A stretch of DNA of 64,000 nucleotides from Promethearchaeota archaeon (GTDB lineage: Archaea > Asgardarchaeota > Lokiarchaeia > Sigyniarchaeales > SOKP01): NCBI GenBank assembly GCA_019058245.1, contig JAHPZJ010000020.1, positions 40,936 to 104,935 of the forward strand, read 5' to 3'. The notes under the pieces were generated by a model. It worked only from the letters and a program-made list of their open reading frames with translations. It was not told the DNA's origin and searched no databases. The position numbers and the translations under genes were made by a program. Below are positions 10,691 to 19,818 of the stretch, piece by piece (the stretch's first letter is position 1; the number at the start of each line of letters is the position of its first letter).

Positions 10691-11428
10691 ATGTATCTTT
10701 ACCCAAAAATAAATCTCCATATTCATTCGAATTATTCTGATGGAAAACAAACAATCAATCAAATTGTTAAAAGAGCATTGAACTTAGGTTTAGATTATAT
10801 TGCAATTACAGATCATTTTACTAACTCATGGAAATCTTGGGTCTCTACTCTAAGTAATCATGAAATGATCTCGAACTATTTAGTAGAAATATCACAAACT
10901 CAAAGATATTTAAAAAAAAATGATAGACAATTGAAACTTCTAAAAGGAATTGAACTAGATTTAGGAAGTTCTGAACAATTCATTAAAAAATTTATTCAAA
11001 TTGATAAATACGATTTAGTATTATTTGAATATCTTCAAAGTTATGAATCAATTGCGTTTTTGAAAAATATTATTAATTTTTGGAAAAAATCAATAGAAAA
11101 TTTAAATAATTTTCCAATTTTGGGACTCGCACATTTTGATCCGTCTTTTTTTATTTCGGGAAATCTTGATACTTTTATGAATTTTCTGAAAGATTATTAT
11201 ATTTATTTTGAATTCAATTCTAGCTATCCTTCATTTTATTCTCCTCAATACATAATTTTTTTTGAAAAACTTAAAGAGTATAACATCCCAGTTGGAATTG
11301 GGTGTGATTCTCATAATCTTTCCAATTTAAATGATATTGAAGAACCATTTGAAATGATAGTTTATTATAATCTTGAGAATAATCTTGATATTCTAATAAA
11401 AACTCTAAAGACTAAAAAATTAGTTTGA
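10691..11428 (+). CDS. PHP-domain metallophosphoesterase
   Basis: NLHIHSNYSDG, AITDH, GIE, LAH, GCDSH; ATG at 10691 is the likely start. Confidence 0.88.
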   Translation: MYLYPKINLHIHSNYSDGKQTINQIVKRALNLGLDYIAITDHFTNSWKSWVSTLSNHEMISNYLVEISQTQRYLKKNDRQLKLLKGIELDLGSSEQFIKKFIQIDKYDLVLFEYLQSYESIAFLKNIINFWKKSIENLNNFPILGLAHFDPSFFISGNLDTFMNFLKDYYIYFEFNSSYPSFYSPQYIIFFEKLKEYNIPVGIGCDSHNLSNLNDIEEPFEMIVYYNLENNLDILIKTLKTKKLV

Positions 11429-11442
11429 ATTATGAATAACTC

Positions 11443-11844
11443 TTATCTATCATAATTATTTTTATAAATATAATTAAGAAAAAGTTTGAAAGCCTTTTCA
11501 AAAGCAATATCAATAATTATCTCACTTTTGTCTTTTGGGTGATTTAACATAGTTTTCAGTATTTTATTTTCAATAGAAAACATCTCTTTAATAGCATTCA
11601 GTCTTTTTCCAATAGGTAATTCTCTAACATATGCTATAGTCTTATTATTTCTAATTTGCCACTCTCTTATAGCATTCCAAGTTATGGCTTTTGTAATAGA
11701 ATTTGAAAGCATTATATTTTGACTTAAAAATCTCGAGATTTCATTGATAATTTTGGTTTCTTCTATTGTAGGTTTTACTTTTTCATATACTTCTTCAGTG
11801 TCCTTTAAAGCTTCTAAATTAAAATTAATATTATAAGATAACAT
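11443..11844 (-). CDS. Hypothetical protein
   Basis: 133-aa ORF with a purine-rich SD-like sequence upstream; no motif recognised. Confidence 0.55.
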   Translation of the reverse strand: MLSYNINFNLEALKDTEEVYEKVKPTIEETKIINEISRFLSQNIMLSNSITKAITWNAIREWQIRNNKTIAYVRELPIGKRLNAIKEMFSIENKILKTMLNHPKDKSEIIIDIAFEKAFKLFLNYIYKNNYDR

Positions 11845-12199
11845 TGTCCTTAACCTCTGCTAAATAAATTGAGATATCAAAAAATTCTTATATAACCTAA
11901 TTATTGATCAAGAATATATAAGTTTTAATATTGCTTGATATCTTTATTGATACCTAATATATCTTGATTGAGTATCTAAAAATAATTTTATAAAATACAT
12001 GTTTTTTCGGATTTGGAAAATAGGACACTCTCAAAATCTGGAGAATTATAAAAAAATTGAGATTTGATAATTGTAATTTCAGATTTATTTTTGCGAATTC
12101 AAGTATAAATTTTTCCCATTCATTAGAAATAAAGAATACGTTATTTTTATTCAGAAATTAGTTTGTATTATAAAAATCTTTTTAAATTTTTTTTTTTTA

Positions 12200-12961
12200 A
12201 TGTTTTTTATGGATTTAGAAGAAAAAATTGATTTAGCCGCTCAATGGATAGCTGAATCAGAAAGGTTAGTAGTTTTTACAGGTGCTGGATGTTCAACAGC
12301 TAGTGGATTACCTGATTATAGGGGTCCAGATGGCGTTTGGACTAGACGAGATAAGGGACTTCCTCCTCCAAAAAGCCCTCCTTGGGATCAAGTTAAACCT
12401 AATCCTAACCATTATCTAATTGTGGAGTTAATGGAAATGGGAAAGTTAAATTATCTAATATCGCAAAATGTAGATGGACTTCATGCTAAATCAGGGATCC
12501 CTTTTGATATGCTCAGTGAACTCCACGGTAATTTATACTTCATGAAGTGTTTGTCATGTAATAAAAAGATGTTATTCGAAAAAGCAGGTTGGGATAAAGA
12601 AAAATGGGGTAAAGGATATAGAACACTACCAGTTCAAGAGGGACAACCTTCATGTCCTCATTGTGGGGGAAGATTAATATCAAGTATAGTAAATTTCGGA
12701 GATCCCTTACCTTATGATGAACTTGAAGAATCCATAAAACGATCTCAAAAAGCGGATACTTTTTTTGTAATAGGGTCATCCTTAGTAGTTACTCCCGCTG
12801 CAAATATGCCGGGGATTGCAAAACAAAATGGTGCAAAATTAATCATTTTGAATAAAGGTGACACACCTTATGATCATGTAGCGGATATAAAATTTGATAA
12901 TTTGATTGAAGATATTTTACCTCCAATTATGGAAAAAGTAAAGAAACTAATAAAGAATTAG
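12200..12961 (+). CDS. NAD-dependent protein deacylase (sirtuin) with class IV (SIRT6/7)-like motifs
   Basis: GAGCSTASGLPDYRGPDGVWT, ISQNVDGLH, ELHGN, CxxC...CxxC, GSSLVVTPAA; the start may be ATG 12209. Confidence 0.92.
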   Translation: MFFMDLEEKIDLAAQWIAESERLVVFTGAGCSTASGLPDYRGPDGVWTRRDKGLPPPKSPPWDQVKPNPNHYLIVELMEMGKLNYLISQNVDGLHAKSGIPFDMLSELHGNLYFMKCLSCNKKMLFEKAGWDKEKWGKGYRTLPVQEGQPSCPHCGGRLISSIVNFGDPLPYDELEESIKRSQKADTFFVIGSSLVVTPAANMPGIAKQNGAKLIILNKGDTPYDHVADIKFDNLIEDILPPIMEKVKKLIKN

Positions 12962-12979
12962 TAAAATCTTTAGTTATTG

Positions 12980-14620
12980 TTATTTAAGTCTAGCATAAAT
13001 TTCTCTATTATCATTTAATTTCGTTAATAACTTTTTTGCTTCCTTATTTGATAGCGAAAGAGAAATATCACTATTACGGCTTAAAGACCCTGTAAAAATC
13101 AGATGATTATCTGCAAAAATTTCAATATTTTGGCTTGCATATTTCGGATTAGCTTTAATGATGATTTTTTGTTTTTTTACTTCAACATCCAAATGAATTT
13201 TTTTTTCCTTTTTCATTCCACTAGAAGGTACCACTTTTCCCCTTGAAGGGTATTTAGAACTGATAGGATTCACCACAACATCATTTCCAAAATTATAAAT
13301 CTCGAATTCTAAACGATCACTTTCAAAATCTCTAACTTCTACAACAGGTCTAGCTAAATCCTTATCTCTAAAACCATGAGGTACCTTAACAGTCATTCTT
13401 AATATTAAAACACTCGAAATATCTCCACCTTGGATAAAAATTATCGTATCAATAATAGATGAGAGCATTCCAAGCTCGATTCGACCAATAAATCTTTGAA
13501 TGGCATCAATAGCAGATGATGAATGCACCACACCAACCATTCCAACACCAGATAATCGAAAATCAGCATAAACTTCAAAATCTCTTGTTGTTCTTACTTC
13601 GTCAAAAATGGTAAAATCTGGTCTTACTAGTAAAAGTATATCCGCTGAATTTTCGATATTACCCTCAAGTTTTGTATATTGAGTGATTTCGGGTCTAACT
13701 TGTAAGTCTCTCACACTTTCAAGTGTTTTAACCACTTTATCATGTTCTAAATAGAAATTAGCTAATGCGGCAGAAAATGTTGATTTACCTGCACCTGGAG
13801 AACCAGATACTAATATTCCTTCAGCTTTTTCAATTCTTTTTCTGAGCCGACTATCAATAGAATAATCATCTAAGGTTAAACTAACTAAAGGTCTAACAGC
13901 AGTAATTTCAACATCACTAGAGAAGGGAGGACGTGTTATAACGATTCGAAATTCCCTCATTTGAGCAACAACAGCTCCTTCTTTTTCAATTTCAATAAAA
14001 GAATGTTTATCTTCTCTTGTAACTTCTACAATCTCCATTGCTATATCTTCAATCAATTCATTTGAGATTAAGTCTTCTTTAATTTTGTGTAATCTCCAAT
14101 TTCCTGGAGATCCCTTTTTAGCATAAGGAGGATTATTTCGCTTGAGATGAACACTCATAGTCTCATCATCAAAATATTCAAATAATTTTAGAGAAAGCAT
14201 TTCTTCTTCTTTTACTGCTCTTTTTTCCCAAGCAAATAATACTTCTAAACCCTCAAATACACCAACATCTCCTTGTATTCTGTCTGCTGTTATTAGAATC
14301 GCATTATTCTTACGAGCTTCCTCTCTAATCAATGCATCAAGTTCACCACCTTGAGCTAGCTTTATTTCTTCTCTCGTTGGGCGTCTTCCTACAATAAGTA
14401 ATTCAACTTTTTTATCATCATGAAGTTTTCGCAATTCTTTTAATACATTTAGTCCAAAAAATCCAATTTCTTTTTGCACATTTGTTCGATATTCAACTTC
14501 AGCAATAACGATATTACATATGATAATTTCTGGTTTTTCTCCCAATTCTCCATCTTCGATTAAATTAAGGATTTGACCATTAAAAATAATCGATGTATCA
14601 CATAAAAATTTGTCTTGCAT
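12980..14620 (-). CDS. PIN domain + VirB11/PilT-like ATPase (archaeal PINA family)
   Basis: N-terminal PIN (CDTSII, AEVE, GELDALI, ITAD), Walker A GSPGAGKST, RPDFTIFDEVR, GVGMVGVVH. Confidence 0.9.
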   Translation of the reverse strand: MQDKFLCDTSIIFNGQILNLIEDGELGEKPEIIICNIVIAEVEYRTNVQKEIGFFGLNVLKELRKLHDDKKVELLIVGRRPTREEIKLAQGGELDALIREEARKNNAILITADRIQGDVGVFEGLEVLFAWEKRAVKEEEMLSLKLFEYFDDETMSVHLKRNNPPYAKKGSPGNWRLHKIKEDLISNELIEDIAMEIVEVTREDKHSFIEIEKEGAVVAQMREFRIVITRPPFSSDVEITAVRPLVSLTLDDYSIDSRLRKRIEKAEGILVSGSPGAGKSTFSAALANFYLEHDKVVKTLESVRDLQVRPEITQYTKLEGNIENSADILLLVRPDFTIFDEVRTTRDFEVYADFRLSGVGMVGVVHSSSAIDAIQRFIGRIELGMLSSIIDTIIFIQGGDISSVLILRMTVKVPHGFRDKDLARPVVEVRDFESDRLEFEIYNFGNDVVVNPISSKYPSRGKVVPSSGMKKEKKIHLDVEVKKQKIIIKANPKYASQNIEIFADNHLIFTGSLSRNSDISLSLSNKEAKKLLTKLNDNREIYARLK

Positions 14621-14882
14621 GATGTCGTTTATTACTTTTTGATATATATAATAATTATTTGTATAAAGCTTCTATTTGTTAAGGATATATACAATAATGA
14701 AGCTTAATATTTATTATTGGAGTGTATCCAGATGTCTTTTCTTTTCTAAATAAAATTTATAAGAAAAGTAATTTAAATTAAATGATAACCAGTTATATTT
14801 ATCTGTTTATTAGATTACAAAAAATAAGAGCTTTAAATATTCTAAAATTGAAGATTACAATAATATTTTCGTGAATTTAAAT

Positions 14883-17354
14883 ATGAGTCAAGAAATGCTA
14901 TTTGAAAAAGATGGACGCTCTTTGGAAGATTTATTTATCAAAGAAGATAATTATACGTTCTTGGTAGGGGCAGGAGTGTCAATGAATGCTCCTTCTAGTT
15001 TACCATCTGCAGTCAAAATTGTTAATAATCTAATTTCCCTCTGTGCTCCAGAAGAAGAAGTGCAAGAATTGCAAAATCTTGATGATTTGCGCTATGAATG
15101 GTTAGTAGAAGCAATTCAAGAACATATTGATAAAGAGTTTAAGTTTTTAGATTTTTTTGACTATAAAACTACACCTAATTTACTCCATATTTTTTTGGCT
15201 AAACAAATTAAAAAAGGAAATTATGTACTTACTACTAATTTTGATTACATGATAGAATATGCACTCAAGAGAGTTATTCTTGAGAGTGATCACTCAAAAA
15301 TCATTCCAATAATCACTAAAGAAGATTTTATCAAATATCCGGATCCTCAATCGCTTATTGATGAAGGTAAGTATCCTCTATATAAAATTCATGGAGCAAA
15401 AAAGAATTTAATAACTAAAGAAGATACGGCAGATTCCTTGGTGACTACACAGCGAGCTTTAGGAAAACATCGCGTTGAGGGTGAAACCTTTTCTGTAGAA
15501 ACATTTAAAAAACCAGCAATTCATAGTCTACTAAAAAATCGAAGTTTAACAGTAATGGGCTACTCTGGAAGCGATGATTTTGATATAGGACCAATCTTAA
15601 AAGAAATACCTGATCTTAAAAGGCTGATCTGGATCAACCATTCATTCACTGAAATTCCTACTATAATTAAAGTGAATAAAGTAAACGATCCCAAAGTATG
15701 GGAAAATGAACTTAAGGTTGATCAATTCCTTGCTGAAATCCGATCTGACGTGAATTTTGAAGTAATTAAAGTTCAAGGCAATACCCATGACTTAGTGGAG
15801 AAAATTCTATGGCCCTCATTTTTCCCTAATATTCCTATACCTTCACTTAGCACGTCTGGAGATGATATAAAATTTGAAGATTGGATAAAACCTCATTATT
15901 CTTATGTTGATCTTGCACAAAAATATTTATTTGCATGTTATGTTTTCAGTGAATCCCAAAAAAATGATTCATTACAACGTTGCGCTGAGAAGGCTTTAAC
16001 TATTGAGTCAATCAAGTCAAATGAAACTCATAGTGCATATTTACTATCAATGATAGCTCTTGCTCATGTTTCAAAATTTAATTATCAAAAAGCTGCAGAA
16101 TATTACCTGCAAGCCTTAGAAAAATTTAAACAAACAAATAATTATGAAGAAACTGCAAGGATTTTGATAAGTTTAGCCATGATATCTGATGCCATGGGTC
16201 GAGATGACCTTACTCAACAATATGCTGACCAAGTTTTGCCAATTGCTCAAAGAGAATCCATGCATGTTGGCTTAACTAATTTATATACCACATTAGCAAA
16301 TAAATACAATAAACAAAGAGATTTTGATAAGGCAATTATGTACTTAGAAAAATCAAATAAAGAAGCCCAAGAAGCTGGAATCATTATGATAAGAGCAAGA
16401 AATTTACAAGGAATGGGATCAATGTACATGAATAAAGGTGAAATTGACAAAGCTATTTTAAAACTTGAAGAATCACTACGAATTTTTAAAGAATTTAAGA
16501 GTGCGATTCCTGATGCTTATATTAATCTCGCATTGATTTATGACCAGCACAAAAATGATCCAGCAAAAGCAATTGAATATCTTAAGGAAATTATAAAGAT
16601 TGCTCATTCATTTAAGGGTCGCACTTTACTGTCTTTAGTACCCTCACTATATACCATTTCTCGTCTCTATTTAAGATTGAATGATAAAGAAAATGCATTT
16701 AATTATAGTCTACAAGGAATAAAAACATATAAAAATCCCATTATTCAATATAAGGTACAAGAGTTTATCACTAATAACCCTCAACTATTACAAGAAAATA
16801 CAATGGTCTACATGGAATTAAATAAAATTGCTGCAGAGATATATCTAAATGAGAAAAAGGACCATGCAAGTGCTATAAATTGCTTCAGGAATATTATAGA
16901 AGCTGCCGAGAAATTTGGTGGCGATGCTCTCGTAACTGTGCCTCCTACTTGGCTAAATATAGTTCGTATTTATCTACAATCGAATGATCAAGATAATGCT
17001 CTCGAACAATGTATACTAGCATTAAGATTTATGGATAGACCTGATGTAGTTCAAAAAATACAACACATCTCAAAGACAAACATGCAATACAAGATGCAAC
17101 ATGTTCAAACCATAGGGGAATTGTTTGCAATAGCTGCAGAGCTTTATGGGGTAAAGGGTAATAAGGAAATGGCTTCACAATATCAACAATTATACCAACA
17201 AGTTCAGATGAGTATGACACCTATGGGAGGATCACCAATGGACCAGATGTTTACCCAGGCAATGATGAATGCAAGTGGTACAGATGTATTTAAAAATCTC
17301 ACAGGAGATAAGAAGAAAAAGAAAGAGAAAAAAAAGAAAAAAAAGAAGAAATAA
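14883..17354 (+). CDS. SIR2-like (SIR2_2) domain + TPR-repeat protein with a poly-lysine tail
   Basis: LVGAGVS, TTNFD, YKIHG and GYSGSDDFD, then TPR-like repeats; ends KKKKKEKKKKKKKK; ATG 14883 follows GTGA. Confidence 0.85.
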   Translation: MSQEMLFEKDGRSLEDLFIKEDNYTFLVGAGVSMNAPSSLPSAVKIVNNLISLCAPEEEVQELQNLDDLRYEWLVEAIQEHIDKEFKFLDFFDYKTTPNLLHIFLAKQIKKGNYVLTTNFDYMIEYALKRVILESDHSKIIPIITKEDFIKYPDPQSLIDEGKYPLYKIHGAKKNLITKEDTADSLVTTQRALGKHRVEGETFSVETFKKPAIHSLLKNRSLTVMGYSGSDDFDIGPILKEIPDLKRLIWINHSFTEIPTIIKVNKVNDPKVWENELKVDQFLAEIRSDVNFEVIKVQGNTHDLVEKILWPSFFPNIPIPSLSTSGDDIKFEDWIKPHYSYVDLAQKYLFACYVFSESQKNDSLQRCAEKALTIESIKSNETHSAYLLSMIALAHVSKFNYQKAAEYYLQALEKFKQTNNYEETARILISLAMISDAMGRDDLTQQYADQVLPIAQRESMHVGLTNLYTTLANKYNKQRDFDKAIMYLEKSNKEAQEAGIIMIRARNLQGMGSMYMNKGEIDKAILKLEESLRIFKEFKSAIPDAYINLALIYDQHKNDPAKAIEYLKEIIKIAHSFKGRTLLSLVPSLYTISRLYLRLNDKENAFNYSLQGIKTYKNPIIQYKVQEFITNNPQLLQENTMVYMELNKIAAEIYLNEKKDHASAINCFRNIIEAAEKFGGDALVTVPPTWLNIVRIYLQSNDQDNALEQCILALRFMDRPDVVQKIQHISKTNMQYKMQHVQTIGELFAIAAELYGVKGNKEMASQYQQLYQQVQMSMTPMGGSPMDQMFTQAMMNASGTDVFKNLTGDKKKKKEKKKKKKKK

Positions 17355-17764
17355 TTCGATTATGAAAAATCCTGAACTCGCCAAATTGGGTCTTTAAAGT
17401 AATGCTTCCATTGAACTTTATTTAAGTTACATTGAACTGATAGAAAATCCTAAATTTGCAAAATTAATTATTCAAAAAAAGAGTTCTTGCTTTTTTTTAT
17501 CAATATATTTATCTAATAAAAGAAAATCCATTCAAGAAATACATCCTATTCCCAAAATTAGCTATCACGCATTTTAAACTCCAAACTTAATCTATTATTT
17601 TTATTGTGAATTCTCAATAAAATTTCGTTTTAACCTTGAAAGGTAAATTCAGTGTCTGTTTTTAGTTAAAATTCTACTAAAATAAATTATTCAGACAATA
17701 AAAAAATCGAACTTATAAATCAATAAATTAAAAAAAAGGTTTTGATTAGTAAAGAATAGGAGAA

Positions 17765-18844
17765 TTATATCACGTAAGATATTGCTGTCTTTAACGCTTT
17801 TTCAGCGTCTTTAATAACAGTTTCAATTATATCGGTAACACTCTCGATTTGGTTTATAATACCAATGCTCTGTCCTAATAACACAGAACCATTCTGCATA
17901 TCACCTTCATAAGCTGCAAAAGCTGCAATTGAATCTTCTCTTAATTCTTCGGCAAGTTCTTCTTTTGATATTTCAGCCCTGTGATCATCTTTAATCTTTT
18001 CTTCAGCAATTTTTTCTTCTTTAGTCTTTACCAGTCCTTTCTTCATCGCATATTTATTCTTCCAGAGTCTAATGGTCCCTAAAGCCCCTGTTCTTACAAT
18101 AGTATCTTGAGCTTTTGCGGGGGGAACTACATTCTTATAATTTTCATGGAATTCACTGTCTTTAGATGCTATAAATCTCGATCCCATAGCAACTCCTCCT
18201 GCACCAATAGATAAGGCGGCGGCAAGACCATAACCAGTGGCAAATCCACCACACGCAATTTTTGGGATATCTGGATGTTTTTGCTGTACTTGCTGCAGCA
18301 ATACCAAACCTCCAACTTTTTCATATGATTGGTGTCCCCCACCTTCAAATCCAGTTACAACAAGCCCGTCACATCCCGCGGAAACACACTTATCTGCCAA
18401 CCAGAGTGCCGGGGCAACATGGAAGTGCTTAATCTGTGAATTTTCCCTTAGTTTCTGGAAATCCTTATTTTGAGGCATTCTTGATGCTGAACCTGCACTA
18501 GTGAGCGCATAAAGACATTGCTCTCTCAATTTAGGATTTGCCATTATATGCTTTGCAGCTCCGGAAATCAACTCTTCACAATCTGGAGTGAGTCTTGAAG
18601 TCCTTATATTGAATCCAAAAATCCCCTCTGTATGTTCTACAACATAATCAAGATTTTTTTTTAATGCAACTAGGGCACTGTCTTCCCTTCCATCCATAGA
18701 TTGGTTTGCGTGAGAAATCATCCCTAAACCACCCGCCTCTGCGACCGCTACAGCCAATTCGGTTGTTCTAAAAGGCCCCATGGCAGCGTTTGCGATCGGG
18801 TGCTTAATTCCAAACATTTCGGTAATATTAGTTTTAAATGTCAA
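17765..18844 (-). CDS. Nitronate monooxygenase / FabK-like oxidoreductase (paralog of 1445..2482)
   Basis: Same motifs as 1445..2482 and shared blocks such as IKHFHVAPALWLADKC and EGGGHQSYEK; SD AGGTGA 6 nt before TTG. Confidence 0.9.
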   Translation of the reverse strand: MTFKTNITEMFGIKHPIANAAMGPFRTTELAVAVAEAGGLGMISHANQSMDGREDSALVALKKNLDYVVEHTEGIFGFNIRTSRLTPDCEELISGAAKHIMANPKLREQCLYALTSAGSASRMPQNKDFQKLRENSQIKHFHVAPALWLADKCVSAGCDGLVVTGFEGGGHQSYEKVGGLVLLQQVQQKHPDIPKIACGGFATGYGLAAALSIGAGGVAMGSRFIASKDSEFHENYKNVVPPAKAQDTIVRTGALGTIRLWKNKYAMKKGLVKTKEEKIAEEKIKDDHRAEISKEELAEELREDSIAAFAAYEGDMQNGSVLLGQSIGIINQIESVTDIIETVIKDAEKALKTAISYVI

Positions 18845-18891
18845 AAAAGTTCACCTTTTATGATAATTGAATTAGAAACTAAATAAAACTT

Positions 18892-18905
18892 TCATCATTT
18901 GATGA
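18892..18905. promoter_or_regulatory. Palindrome about 50 nt upstream of the 18844 start; candidate operator
   Basis: TCATCA-TT-TGATGA next to a TATA-like segment. Confidence 0.3.
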
Positions 18906-19078
18906 TAAACTATAATCTTTTATTCAAACCTTTTTAAATTATTTTCCTATAGAATGAAATTAATCCAAATGTATTGAAATTTAAGAAAAATTGCCTTTCT
19001 TATATATTTTTCTGAAGTGCTATTCTAAATAGAAAAAATAAATAGAATAAAGCTCGGGATCTATTTTTAAAATCCTCA

Positions 19079-19681
19079 TTATTCAGCACTTTCTTCCCTA
19101 TTCAATATTTGGAATTTTTTCACGCTATAATAGATCGGTTTACTTAATCTATCAACCGTTGCAACTATTAAATCTTTACGTGAACCCATAGCAACTCTTG
19201 ACACCTTATCTAAATCTCTTAATTCAATAGGATCCCCTTCAAATACAGGGAATATTAAAAATTTCGCTGAGTCTTTTTCAAAATCAGCCCCTCTTTTATA
19301 TACTCGGAAATCTATACCATCTCCATAACCTGTCCGAACAATATATCCTCTTTTTCTTAAATCCATATAGATTATATATTTCTGCCATAACCTTTCATCG
19401 AATTTAGTAAAATATGTTAAAAGACTCTCAAAATCATATAATTTCTTATTTGAGTCATTATCTTCCCATAATAATATTCGATTCCTTTCACATAATAATA
19501 AAACTTCAACGGGATCAATGATTAAAACTTCATGATCATCATTCTTTTTTACTTTCGTACCAATATAAGATGTTGAATAAAATTCCTCAAAACCTTTTTT
19601 ATCTGTAATAACTACTTTATCCTTTTCGATTATTCCTTCTACTTGAATTTTCTCGACTTTTTCAGTTGAATCTTCTGTCAT
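19079..19681 (-). CDS. endA: tRNA-intron endonuclease subunit, probably the structural (non-catalytic) one
   Basis: YMDLRKRGYIVRTG..GIDFRVYKRG...RVAMGSRKDLIVA; the catalytic His position reads 'DSAKF'. Confidence 0.85.
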   Translation of the reverse strand: MTEDSTEKVEKIQVEGIIEKDKVVITDKKGFEEFYSTSYIGTKVKKNDDHEVLIIDPVEVLLLCERNRILLWEDNDSNKKLYDFESLLTYFTKFDERLWQKYIIYMDLRKRGYIVRTGYGDGIDFRVYKRGADFEKDSAKFLIFPVFEGDPIELRDLDKVSRVAMGSRKDLIVATVDRLSKPIYYSVKKFQILNREESAE

Positions 19682-19818
19682 ATAACATTAAATATGAATT
19701 TATAATAATTAAAGAATTTATCCTTCAACTTTTCTCTCTTTTAAAATTGAAAGTATTAAAAAAAATCAAAATTAAATGACTGATTTGATAAACTATTTTA
19801 TAGTAATTACTTACAAGT

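Noticed and set aside
17362-17700. Stop-interrupted protein-like text with an imperfect repeat (NPELAKL/NPKFAKL) after the SIR2-TPR gene
   Set aside because: No intact frame or recognisable homology
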